Source: Vibrio vulnificus CMCP6
GTDB taxonomy: Bacteria > Pseudomonadota > Gammaproteobacteria > Enterobacterales > Vibrionaceae
DNA length: 32,000 bases
Assembly: GCF_000039765.1 (NCBI RefSeq)
Contig: NC_004460.2
Coordinates: 840,001-872,000, forward strand
Reading direction: 5' to 3'
Shown here: in pieces, positions 10,932 to 20,156 of the stretch
Position numbering within the stretch: the stretch's first letter is position 1
Layout of the letters: every line of letters starts with the position of its first letter
Made by a program: the position numbers and the translations under genes
Notes under the pieces: generated by a model
Told to the model about the DNA's origin: nothing
Databases searched by the model: none
What the model saw: the letters and a program-made list of their open reading frames with translations, nothing else

Positions 10932-11029
10932 GGCAGGTGCAACCTGCCGCCAAACCAATATGGCGTAGCGGTCGCATACCCCGACAACCATAGCGTAGTC
11001 ACTGCGCTATCCGCTGACCACTACGCCAT
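10932..11029. repeat. Nested palindromic intergenic element between lldP and lldE
   Basis: Perfect hairpin GGCAGGT (10932-10938) / ACCTGCC (10942-10948); outer 14-nt arms ATGGCGTAGCGGTC (10960-10973) / GACCACTACGCCAT (11016-11029) with one mismatch; inner arms ATAGCG (10990-10995) / CGCTAT (11005-11010). Confidence 0.6.
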
Positions 11030-11051
11030 TCTTTACACGGGAGCACTGCCA

Positions 11052-11807
11052 ATGCGTATTTATCCGGCAAAACCTGACAAAGTTTATTTCTACGCCACTT
11101 GCCTCGTCGACATGTTTGACCCAGAAGCAGGGCTCGATGCCATGACACTACTCGAGCAGCAAGGCATTGACGTTATCTTTGTTGAAAAACAAACCTGTTG
11201 CGGCCAGCCAGCTTACTCTTCTGGATACGATGAAGAAGCCAAACAAGTTGCCCTCAGCCAAATTGAATTATTTCCGCAAAGCTACCCCGTGATTGTGTTA
11301 TCGGGATCGTGTGGCGGTATGATGCATCATCATTACCGACGTCTTTTTAAAGGCGATTCGCACGAAGCCCAAGTGAGCCAATTCTGTGACCGAGTTTTTG
11401 AGCTCACCGAATTTCTCGTCAATGTGTGTCGTGTCAAGCTCAATGACCAAGGTCAACCAACCTCAGTGGTGATGCACACTTCCTGCGCGGCTCGTCGGGA
11501 AATGAATGTGCATGTCACCGCAACAGAACTGCTTTCACAACTCGATAATATTGAACTGCGCATGCAAGATTACGAAAGCGAGTGCTGCGGCTTTGGCGGG
11601 ACATTCTCTGTTCGTCATCCCAACATTTCTCAAGCCATGGTGGAAGACAAAACTCGCCATATCGAGGCCACTGCCGCTGAGACACTCGTTAGCGCAGACT
11701 GGGGCTGCTTGCTCAATATCAACGGGGCATTTGAATATCAAGGTAAAGCGATCAAAGGTCGCCACTTGGCCAGTTTTCTACTCGAACGAATTGGGGGGAA
11801 AGCCTAA
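11052..11807 (+). CDS. lldE: Lactate utilisation (Fe)-S oxidoreductase LldE/LutA
   Basis: Two CCG domains: KQTCCGQPAYSSGY and YESECCGFGGTFSVRHPNIS; MRIYPAKPDKVYFYATCLVDMFDPEAG start; operon position. Confidence 0.92.
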   Translation: MRIYPAKPDKVYFYATCLVDMFDPEAGLDAMTLLEQQGIDVIFVEKQTCCGQPAYSSGYDEEAKQVALSQIELFPQSYPVIVLSGSCGGMMHHHYRRLFKGDSHEAQVSQFCDRVFELTEFLVNVCRVKLNDQGQPTSVVMHTSCAARREMNVHVTATELLSQLDNIELRMQDYESECCGFGGTFSVRHPNISQAMVEDKTRHIEATAAETLVSADWGCLLNINGAFEYQGKAIKGRHLASFLLERIGGKA

Positions 11808-13237
11808 TGTCACAAACTCCGCAACAGTTCCATCAGCAAGCCAAAGTCGCGCTCGCGGACCCGCAACTCAGAGCCAATTTCCGTGGTGCGATGGATTATC
11901 TGCGCGACAAACGTAGACTCGCCTTTGCCGATCCTGCCGAGGAAAAAGCGATTCGAGATCTGGCGGAAGCCATTCGTCAACGATGCTTAAGCAAGTTACC
12001 GCAACTGCTAGAAAAGCTTGAGTTCAACTGCTATCGCAACGGTATTCATGTCCATTGGGCAGAAAATGCTGACGAAGCCAATAGCATCATTGCCAGCATT
12101 GCTAACGCTCATCAGGCGAAAATGATCATCAAAGGTAAATCGATGGTCAGCGAAGAGATTGAGATGAACCATGAGATGGCGAAACTGGGGATTGAGTGCT
12201 TAGAAAGTGATATGGGGGAATACATCGTCCAACTCGACGGCGACAAGCCTTCCCACATCATCATGCCAGCCATCCACAAAAATAAGCAGGAAGTGAGTGA
12301 TACCTTCGAGAAAAATCTCGACAACTTCACGCCAACAACCGATGTGGATGCCTTGATTCAAACTGGCCGCCAGCGCTTACGACAAAAATTTCACGATGCC
12401 GATATTGGTTTATCTGGCGTCAACTTTGCCGTTGCTGAAACAGGTACCTTGTGTTTGGTGGAAAACGAAGGGAACGGGCGCATGTCCACTACCGTGCCGA
12501 ATGTGCACATTGCGATTACTGGCATTGAAAAGGTGGTGGAATTTTTGACCGACGTACCGCCGCTCTACAGCGCATTAACCCGTAGTGCGACCGGACAAGC
12601 CATTACCACCTATTTCAACATGATTACCTCACCACGTAAAAATGGTGAAAAAGATGGCCCACAAGAAGTGCATTTGGTGCTACTTGATAATGGCCGCTCA
12701 CAAGCTTATCAAGATGAAGAGTTACGCAAAACGCTGCAATGTATTCGCTGTGGCGCCTGCATGAATCACTGCCCTGTTTACACCAAAATTGGTGGCCATG
12801 CCTATGGCACCGTCTATCCCGGCCCTATTGGTAAGATCATCTCTCCTCATTTACTAGGATTGGAAAAAACACAGGATCTTGTTACCGCATCAAGCCTTTG
12901 CGGCGCTTGTGGAGAAGTATGCCCGGTACGCATCCCCATTCCTGAAATGTTGCAACGCCTGCGACGAGAAGCAAAAAATGATCCCATGCCAAACCATGCT
13001 CCACTTCGCGGCCAAAACGCGGCGCACAGTGGGTTGGAAACGGCAGCAATGAAAGGCTTTGCTTACGCCGCTAGCCATCCCTCGCTCTACCATGCAGGCA
13101 CGGCCATCGCCAGCAAAATGCGTAACCTACTTCCGGCAAATCTCGGGCCTTGGACACAATGCCGCACTGCGCCAAAACCGGCAGAAAAATCCTTACACCA
13201 ATTGATGGCAGAAAAACGCAAAAGAGGTGAATCATGA
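11807..13237 (+). CDS. lldF: Lactate utilisation iron-sulfur protein LldF/LutB
   Basis: LUD domain followed by ferredoxin-like clusters CIRCGACMNHCPVYTKIGGHAYG and CGACGEVCPVRIPIPEM; start overlaps the previous gene. Confidence 0.93.
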   Translation: MSQTPQQFHQQAKVALADPQLRANFRGAMDYLRDKRRLAFADPAEEKAIRDLAEAIRQRCLSKLPQLLEKLEFNCYRNGIHVHWAENADEANSIIASIANAHQAKMIIKGKSMVSEEIEMNHEMAKLGIECLESDMGEYIVQLDGDKPSHIIMPAIHKNKQEVSDTFEKNLDNFTPTTDVDALIQTGRQRLRQKFHDADIGLSGVNFAVAETGTLCLVENEGNGRMSTTVPNVHIAITGIEKVVEFLTDVPPLYSALTRSATGQAITTYFNMITSPRKNGEKDGPQEVHLVLLDNGRSQAYQDEELRKTLQCIRCGACMNHCPVYTKIGGHAYGTVYPGPIGKIISPHLLGLEKTQDLVTASSLCGACGEVCPVRIPIPEMLQRLRREAKNDPMPNHAPLRGQNAAHSGLETAAMKGFAYAASHPSLYHAGTAIASKMRNLLPANLGPWTQCRTAPKPAEKSLHQLMAEKRKRGES

Positions 13238-13893
13238 GCCATGCGAAAAACAACATACTCAATCGCCTCAAAGCCGCCAACGCGATTGAAAAAAGTTCTG
13301 CGCACTTGAGTTATCAACCATGGGGACACGAACAGAATGTCACTCAGGATGAAAAAGTGCGCCGCTTCATCACTGCCATGGAAGCCAGCCACGCCGAAAT
13401 GCACACGATAGAAGCGTCACAACTCGAATCCACCATCGCGCGTATTGTGTCAGACAAAGCGTGTCAAACCGCCGCCATTGGCACGGATGGAGAATACATT
13501 CACGCCTTTCGTAACGGGCTCGCTCAGGTGAAAGTGGTGGAATTTGAACGCCACATTGAAGAATGGAAGAGTGAGCTTTTTAACCAAATCGATGTCGGTA
13601 TTACTCATGTTTTAGCCGGTATTGCAGACACTGGTGCTTTGGTGTTATGGCCAAACGAATATGAGCCAAGAACCTTGTCCTTGGTACCTCCTAAGCACAT
13701 CGCCGTGATCAAACAGTCGACTCTCAAGTGCAATTTTCTTGAGGTCATGGTGGAGCAAGAGTGGGCACATCATATGCCGACCAATGCACTGTTGATTTCT
13801 GGCCCGTCTAAAACGGCTGACATCCAACAAACTCTGGCCTATGGCGCGCACGGACCAAGTGAACTCGTGGTGTTATTACTTACCGATCAATAA
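13234..13893 (+). CDS. lldG: Lactate utilisation protein LldG/LutC (LUD domain)
   Basis: ATGA overlap with lldF; GITHVLAGIADTGALVLWPNEYEPRTLSLVPPKHIAVI and ISGPSKTADIQQTLAYGAHGPSELVVLLL. Confidence 0.9.
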   Translation: MSHAKNNILNRLKAANAIEKSSAHLSYQPWGHEQNVTQDEKVRRFITAMEASHAEMHTIEASQLESTIARIVSDKACQTAAIGTDGEYIHAFRNGLAQVKVVEFERHIEEWKSELFNQIDVGITHVLAGIADTGALVLWPNEYEPRTLSLVPPKHIAVIKQSTLKCNFLEVMVEQEWAHHMPTNALLISGPSKTADIQQTLAYGAHGPSELVVLLLTDQ

Positions 13894-13904
13894 GCGAAAA
13901 ACGT

Positions 13905-13933
13905 AACCTCAGCCTCATCGTTGAGGTTTTGTT
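13905..13933 (+). terminator. Possible attenuator or weak terminator inside the lactate locus
   Basis: AACCTCA (13905-13911) / TGAGGTT (13922-13928) followed by TTGTTT. Confidence 0.4.
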
Positions 13934-14062
13934 TCTCAGCCATTGTGACGTTTTCATACAAACATGGCACGATGCTTTAGCCCAAATAGAAAACATCAAG
14001 AGCAAATACGTCGCAGCAATGTAAAAACATAAACCGAAAAACGCTGCAAAACAAAGGAAGCA

Positions 14063-16903
14063 ATGATGGTCAATAACTTAGATAACGCCACCTATCAAAA
14101 ACTGGCTGCGGTGTTTGCTACCCGCATTGAACAAGAGCGGATCATTACCCAAGAGGCCAAACGCTTAGCCTACGGCACCGACGCCAGTTTTTATCGTTTA
14201 GTGCCAAAGATCGTCTTACGACTCAAGGATTTGCAAGAAGTCATTTTTGCCATTCAAAGTTGCCGCGAGCTCCATGTTCCCTGCACGTTTCGCGCCGCGG
14301 GTACCAGTTTGTCTGGGCAAGCGGTCTCTGATTCTGTGCTCATCACCCTAACCGACGATTGGCGTGGTCATGAGATTGTCGACGATGGCAATAAGATCAT
14401 TCTTCAACCTGGCGTAATCGGGGCGGATGCCAATCGATATTTGGCCCCTTTTCAGCGCAAAATTGGCCCCGATCCCGCTTCGATTAATACCTGCAAAATC
14501 GGCGGCATAGCGGCCAATAATGCCAGTGGCATGTGCTGCGGCACCGCGCAAAACTCTTACCGCACCGTGGACAGTATGAAGATCGTTTTTAGTGATGGCA
14601 CCATACTGAACACCGCAGATGAAGCCAGCATCGCCGCCTTTAAGCAAAGCCACGCTTCGCTCGTCTCCGGCATCGAAGCACTTTGCCAGCAAGTGGCTGA
14701 TAATAAAGAATTATCAGATAAAATTAAGCACAAGTATCGTCTTAAAAACACCACAGGTTACGCTCTTAATGCCCTAGTGGATTACCAAGATCCGATTGAA
14801 GTCATTGAACACTTGATGATCGGTTCAGAAGGCACCTTAGGCTTTATTGCCGAGATCACCTATAACACCGTCATTGAGCACCCCAATAAAGCCTCGGCGT
14901 TGTTGGTCTTTGCGACCATCGAAGAAGCCTGTCGTGCCGTAACGACGTTATCCAAATTACCTGTGGCAGCCGTCGAACTGATGGATGGGCGCGCAATGCG
15001 TTCTGTTGCCGACAAAGCGGGCATGCCCAGCTTTATTCAATCGTTGGATCTCGAAGCCGCGGCCATTTTGGTTGAGTCTCATGCAAGCTGCCAAACAACG
15101 TTAGATTTACAATGTAAATCTGTTATGGATGCATTGGCAGAGTACACCATCATTGAATCCGTGCCGTTTACCAGCGATGCTGCGACCGTTGCGACACTAT
15201 GGGGAATTCGCAAAGGCATGTTCCCTGCCGTAGGGGCAGTACGTGAAGTCGGCACCACGGTGATTATCGAAGACGTTGCTTTCCCAGTGGAAAACTTAGC
15301 TAACGGCGTACGTGACCTACAAGCCTTGTTTGATCGTTTCCAATACGGTGAAGCGATCATTTTCGGCCACGCTCTTGAAGGTAACTTGCACTTTGTTTTC
15401 ACCCAAGGGTTTGATAGCCAAACAGAAATTGACCGCTACGGCAAGTTCATGGATGAGGTTGCGGAGTTGGTTGCGGTCAAATATCAAGGCTCGCTTAAAG
15501 CGGAACATGGTACAGGCCGTAACATGGCCCCCTATGTCGAGCTAGAATGGGGCCGTGAGGGCTACCAGTTGATGCAACAGATCAAGACGATCTTCGATCC
15601 GCAAGGTCTGCTCAATCCAGGGGTCATCATCAATGATAATCCCCACTCGCATATAGAAAACCTCAAACCCATGCCAGCTGCCGATCCCTTGGTGGATCGC
15701 TGCATTGAATGCGGATTTTGTGAACCCGTTTGCCCTTCGAGAACACTGACGCTTTCTCCTCGCCAACGCATCGTGCTCTATCGAGAATTGCAGCGCAGAG
15801 AACGGGCAGGTGAAAAAATTCAAGCCAGCGAGTTAGAGAAAGTTTTTGAATATCAAGGTATTGATACCTGCGCAGCAACCGGTTTGTGTGCCGAACGCTG
15901 CCCAGTTGGCATTAATACTGGCGATTTGGTGAAAAAACTTCGTACCGCTAAGTATCAGAAGTTTACCCCCATTGCCAAATGGACTGCGGACCATTTCAGC
16001 ACCACAACCGCCATTGCCAGAAATGGTCTACGTGCTAACCAGTTAGCGAGTAAAGTGATTGGCGCGCCAACAGTGGGCAAACTCACCAATGGCTTACGCT
16101 CACTGACCAAAGGGTCTACTCCCATTTGGTATCCAGAGTACCCTACTGCCAATCAACACTCACTTGGTAGCAGCGCATTTCCTATCACTGCAACAGAGAA
16201 GAAAGTGGTATACATGCCTTCATGCGCTAGCCGTAACATGGGGCAACAGGCAGACGCTCCGGATCAACGGCCACTGACAGAGGTGACATTGTCACTTATA
16301 AAGAAAGCAGGATACGAGGTGATCATCCCTGCGCAATTGAGCAATCAATGTTGTGGCATGCCATACGACAGCAAAGGGATGAACGAATTGGCAACAAACA
16401 AAGCCAGGCAGTTGGAAGAAGTACTGTGGCAGGCGAGTCGAGAAGGGACCTATCCTGTGCTGATGGATACCAGCCCTTGTGCCAAACGCAGCATTGAGCA
16501 GTTTAGCCAACCCATGGAGGTGCTTGAGCCGACAGGCTTTGTCAGCAAGTATCTCTTACCACATCTCGACATTACCCCACTCAACGAAACCGTCATGTTA
16601 CACGTCACTTGCAGTTCAAGACGCATGGGGCTGGAAAATGCCATGATAACGTTAGCCAACGCGTGCGCATCCCGCGTCATTGTTCCTGAACATATTCAAT
16701 GTTGTGGCTGGGCTGGCGATAAAGGATTCACCACCCCAGAACTCAACGCCGCCGCAGTTCATCCGTTAAAAGCGCAAGTGCCCAGTGATTGCCAGCGAGG
16801 CTTTAGCAATAGCCGCACGTGTGAAATTGGTTTGTCGCATCACAGTGGCATACCTTATCAATCCATTCTCTACCTGGTTGATGACGCCTCATCTCCCCGT
16901 TAA
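14063..16903 (+). CDS. dld-II: FAD-linked D-lactate dehydrogenase with C-terminal Fe-S/CCG domains (Dld-II type)
   Basis: FAD_binding_4 region (CTFRAAGTSLSGQAVSD, MIGSEGTLGFIAEITYN), C-terminal ferredoxin clusters (CIECGFCEPVCPSR, CAATGLCAERCPVGINTG) and CCG motifs (QCCGMPYDSKGM, QCCGWAGDKGF). Follows lldEFG, as described for Shewanella-type loci. Confidence 0.9.
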   Translation: MMVNNLDNATYQKLAAVFATRIEQERIITQEAKRLAYGTDASFYRLVPKIVLRLKDLQEVIFAIQSCRELHVPCTFRAAGTSLSGQAVSDSVLITLTDDWRGHEIVDDGNKIILQPGVIGADANRYLAPFQRKIGPDPASINTCKIGGIAANNASGMCCGTAQNSYRTVDSMKIVFSDGTILNTADEASIAAFKQSHASLVSGIEALCQQVADNKELSDKIKHKYRLKNTTGYALNALVDYQDPIEVIEHLMIGSEGTLGFIAEITYNTVIEHPNKASALLVFATIEEACRAVTTLSKLPVAAVELMDGRAMRSVADKAGMPSFIQSLDLEAAAILVESHASCQTTLDLQCKSVMDALAEYTIIESVPFTSDAATVATLWGIRKGMFPAVGAVREVGTTVIIEDVAFPVENLANGVRDLQALFDRFQYGEAIIFGHALEGNLHFVFTQGFDSQTEIDRYGKFMDEVAELVAVKYQGSLKAEHGTGRNMAPYVELEWGREGYQLMQQIKTIFDPQGLLNPGVIINDNPHSHIENLKPMPAADPLVDRCIECGFCEPVCPSRTLTLSPRQRIVLYRELQRRERAGEKIQASELEKVFEYQGIDTCAATGLCAERCPVGINTGDLVKKLRTAKYQKFTPIAKWTADHFSTTTAIARNGLRANQLASKVIGAPTVGKLTNGLRSLTKGSTPIWYPEYPTANQHSLGSSAFPITATEKKVVYMPSCASRNMGQQADAPDQRPLTEVTLSLIKKAGYEVIIPAQLSNQCCGMPYDSKGMNELATNKARQLEEVLWQASREGTYPVLMDTSPCAKRSIEQFSQPMEVLEPTGFVSKYLLPHLDITPLNETVMLHVTCSSRRMGLENAMITLANACASRVIVPEHIQCCGWAGDKGFTTPELNAAAVHPLKAQVPSDCQRGFSNSRTCEIGLSHHSGIPYQSILYLVDDASSPR

Positions 16904-16931
16904 GAATAGCGAGGATAGCCACTCCTCTTCT

Positions 16932-16956
16932 GGGCTCCCTTTATTGGAGCCCTTTT
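16932..16956 (+). terminator. Rho-independent terminator of the lactate operon
   Basis: GGGCTCC (16932-16938) / GGAGCCC (16946-16952) followed by TTTT. Confidence 0.85.
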
Positions 16957-17028
16957 CTCTCGTCACTGTCGCAATTTAGTTTTCATCAAGGCATACTGAG
17001 CCCTTCTCCAACGCAAAGGAAAGCCCCT

Positions 17029-17784
17029 ATGTCAGAATGTAACTTATTGATTGCCGAGCTTAAAAAACAACTCAAGTTGCAAGGCGTTCACTATTCTGAC
17101 ATTGCTCGCTCACTGGCACTCAGTGAAGGCTCCGTGAAACGGCTCCTCGCAGAAGGCAGCCAGATTAGCTTAGAAAGGCTGGAACGTATTTGTCAGTTGG
17201 CAGGCTTGGAAATGAGCGAGCTTTTTAAACTGGTGGCCAAGCACAATCAAGGCATTGTTGCGCTGACCTATGAGCAAGAAAAGCAACTTATCGACGATAA
17301 AGCCCTGCTGCTGGTCTCTGTTTGCGTGGTGAATGGCTACACCTTTGAGGAAATTCGCCAACAATACCAGTTTAGCCAACCAGAATTGATTCAAAAACTC
17401 GCTCAGTTAGATCGGCTCGGCATCATTGAATTGCAACCGAACAACCGAATTAAACTTAAGATTTCCAAAGAGTTTTCTTGGATTGCAGGTGGTCCTATCC
17501 AACGATTTTTCCAACAACAGGTGCAACAGGCGTTTTTCCACAGTTACTTCTCTGCTTCGGATGAAAAATTGGTCATGGCAACCGGATTGATGTCGACGCC
17601 GACCAACCAAAAAATGCAGCAGAAACTGCAAAAATTGATCACTGAGTTTTATGCCGCCTGCCAAGATGACAGTGAACTCGCGATTGAAGATCGTCACGGC
17701 ACCTCGATGGTTCTCGCCATCCGACGTTGGACCTTTCCCATGTTTTCTGAGTTAGAAAACAGGCCAACCGTGCAAGAAAAGTAA
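17029..17784 (+). CDS. Helix-turn-helix (XRE/Cro-C1-like) transcriptional regulator
   Basis: LKLQGVHYSDIARSLALSEGSVKRLLAEGSQISLERLERICQLAGLEMSELFKL is an HTH_3-like N-terminus; the ~180 aa C-terminal part is of unknown type. Confidence 0.82.
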   Translation: MSECNLLIAELKKQLKLQGVHYSDIARSLALSEGSVKRLLAEGSQISLERLERICQLAGLEMSELFKLVAKHNQGIVALTYEQEKQLIDDKALLLVSVCVVNGYTFEEIRQQYQFSQPELIQKLAQLDRLGIIELQPNNRIKLKISKEFSWIAGGPIQRFFQQQVQQAFFHSYFSASDEKLVMATGLMSTPTNQKMQQKLQKLITEFYAACQDDSELAIEDRHGTSMVLAIRRWTFPMFSELENRPTVQEK

Positions 17785-17819
17785 CACCAATCACACCAAA
17801 AGTAACAATATACGTTACT
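17777..17819. promoter_or_regulatory. Candidate operator cluster upstream of the VIT/vWA gene
   Basis: Direct repeat AAAAGTAACA at 17777-17786 and 17798-17807 (21-bp phasing), plus perfect inverted repeat AGTAAC (17801-17806) / GTTACT (17814-17819). Confidence 0.4.
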
Positions 17820-17909
17820 TTCATCATTAGAATCGCCTCAAAAGGTCACTTCTGCCATTCTGCCTGCCATTGGAACGGTGCAACACCGTTATTTCATGGA
17901 GGCAACAAA

Positions 17910-19976
17910 ATGAACATTCAACATCACCATAAAGCGGCACTGAGACAACTGCTGGCATTCCTTGTCATCATCTTATCGGTGCTCGTTAGTCCAAGCTTAT
18001 TGGCTAGCGGATTGTTAACCCCGGCCGATAGCCGTTTTCAACCACTAACCATTCAGTCTCACCACGTTAATGTCGTCATTGAAGATGGTTACGCTACGAC
18101 ATCCATTGAACAAGAGTTCTTTAACCCTAACGATCAAAGCTTAGAAGCACTTTACTCCTTTCCTATTCCTGAAAAGGCGGTGGTGGGCGAGTTTATCTAT
18201 TGGATCAATGATCGCCCAGTGATTGCAGAAGCCGTCAGTAAAGAAAAAGCGCAAACCCTCTATCAGGAGCAAAAAGCGCAAGGGGCCTCGACCGCCATTA
18301 CAGACAAAAACGAATTCAAAAGCTTTGATATCCGAGTTTTCCCTGTTTTACCAAACCAAAGCGTGAAAATTAAACTGGTTTATCTTCAAGATGCCTTAAT
18401 CGATCATGGCATCGGTCGCTACGTTTACCCAATGGAAGAAGGTGGTGTCGATGCGGCAGCGGATGCGTTTTGGTCTCGTAATAACCACGTTGAGCAAGCT
18501 TTTTCTTTCAACTTGGAAGTACGTTCGGCCTATCCAATTGATGGTTTAAGACTGCCAGCGCATCCTAACGCCATCATTTCGCAAAACCCACAAGGTGAGC
18601 ATCTTGTATGGCAAGCCAGTGTGACCAATCAGCAAAACGCTGAAGAACAGAGCCCGAATGCCAAGCAAACCGCCTTTACACTCGACAAAGACATCACCGT
18701 TTATTGGCGTTTACAGGAAGGTTTACCCGGTCGTTTAGAAGCAGTTAGCTATCGTGACCCTCAACAAAGTGAGCGCGGAACCATCAAGCTGACCTTCACC
18801 CCTGGCGATGACCTTTCCGCTATTCAACAAGGTCGAGATTGGGTGTTTGTACTGGATAAGTCAGGTTCAATGTCAGGCAAGCATGCCACCCTAACAGAGG
18901 GCGTGAAACGTGGTTTAGGCAAACTCCCCTCAGGAGATCGATTCCGAATTTTGATGTTCGATAATCGAGTACAAGAGATCACCAACGGCTTCATCGCCGT
19001 CAATCAAAATAACGTGACACAAGCGATTGAGACCATCAATCAAATCGCCACTGGCGGCGGTACGAACCTCTACGATGCACTGGAACGCGCAGTATCTGGC
19101 CTAGACAGTGACCGAACTACCGGGATCATTTTGGTCACCGATGGGGTTGCCAATGTCGGTGTAACAGAGAAAAAACAGTTCCTGAAACTGATGCAGCGCT
19201 ACGATGTTCGTCTCTACACGTTCATCATGGGTAACAGCGCCAATACACCGCTGCTTGAACCAATGACGCAAGTATCCAATGGCTTTGCGACCAGTATCTC
19301 CAATTCAGATGACATTCTTGGCCACATTATGAATGTCACCAGTAAACTAACCCACCAAGCGTATCGCAACATCCGCATAGACGTAGATGGGGTAAAACTC
19401 AACGATCTGACACCAGAAAACATCCATTCTCTTTATCGAGGTGAGCAACTTACGGTCTTTGGTCACTATAACAAAGCGGGTAAAAGCACCATTACACTGT
19501 CAGCTAAAGTCGATGGCGTCACACGCAAGTACCAAACGACCATCCAACTGGCAGAACAGCAGCTTGAAAACCCAGAAATTGAGCGTTTATGGGCCTTCTC
19601 AGCCATTCGAGATATTGAGTCCAAGATGCAGTACTTGGAGCAAAATGATAACGAAAGCGAGCAAGCAATCGAATCTATTGCCTTGGAGTATGGCTTGCTC
19701 ACGGACTACACCTCGTTACTTGTGGTCGAAGATACCGTGTTTGAGCAAAATGGCATCCGTAAAACAAACCAACAACGTGTAGAAAAGGAACAAGCGGCAA
19801 GAGAACTTCGCCAACAACGAGGTATAACGGATAGCCGCGCGGACAAGCAGCAGCCAATGTTCACCCAACCAGCCCCTTCGCATGGTGGTGGCGGTAGCGG
19901 TGGTGGTTCAATGACTCTGTGGCTCATCGTTGTTCTTGGGGGGGCATTGATGCTACGCCGTAAAACAAACGCTTAA
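17910..19976 (+). CDS. Exported VIT + von Willebrand factor A domain protein (marine sortase-target-like) with GlyGly-CTERM-like tail
   Basis: Signal sequence; VIT-like region (YATTSIEQEFFNPNDQSLEALYSFPIPEKAVVGEF); MIDAS motif FVLDKSGSMSG; tail SHGGGGSGGGSMTLWLIVVLGGALMLRRKTNA. Confidence 0.88.
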   Translation: MNIQHHHKAALRQLLAFLVIILSVLVSPSLLASGLLTPADSRFQPLTIQSHHVNVVIEDGYATTSIEQEFFNPNDQSLEALYSFPIPEKAVVGEFIYWINDRPVIAEAVSKEKAQTLYQEQKAQGASTAITDKNEFKSFDIRVFPVLPNQSVKIKLVYLQDALIDHGIGRYVYPMEEGGVDAAADAFWSRNNHVEQAFSFNLEVRSAYPIDGLRLPAHPNAIISQNPQGEHLVWQASVTNQQNAEEQSPNAKQTAFTLDKDITVYWRLQEGLPGRLEAVSYRDPQQSERGTIKLTFTPGDDLSAIQQGRDWVFVLDKSGSMSGKHATLTEGVKRGLGKLPSGDRFRILMFDNRVQEITNGFIAVNQNNVTQAIETINQIATGGGTNLYDALERAVSGLDSDRTTGIILVTDGVANVGVTEKKQFLKLMQRYDVRLYTFIMGNSANTPLLEPMTQVSNGFATSISNSDDILGHIMNVTSKLTHQAYRNIRIDVDGVKLNDLTPENIHSLYRGEQLTVFGHYNKAGKSTITLSAKVDGVTRKYQTTIQLAEQQLENPEIERLWAFSAIRDIESKMQYLEQNDNESEQAIESIALEYGLLTDYTSLLVVEDTVFEQNGIRKTNQQRVEKEQAARELRQQRGITDSRADKQQPMFTQPAPSHGGGGSGGGSMTLWLIVVLGGALMLRRKTNA

Positions 19977-20156
19977 AAAGCACAATATGAGCGGGAACAA
20001 CCTTCCCGCTATGACTCAAAAAGACAAATGAAACCGAGGCATTTTTTGTACTCGTTTTGAATATTTAGACACAAAGGATTGTGGCAGCGCTGTCGTTCTT
20101 TTCTTCATGATTGTAATGAACTCAGCGAGGCACTAAACAACATCAAAGAGGCTAAC

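Noticed and set aside
14348-15878. Several ORFs antisense to dld-II (14348-14692, 15079-15402, 15542-15823, 15663-15878)
   Set aside because: They are shadows of a strongly coding plus-strand frame, with low-complexity composition and no recognisable motifs.
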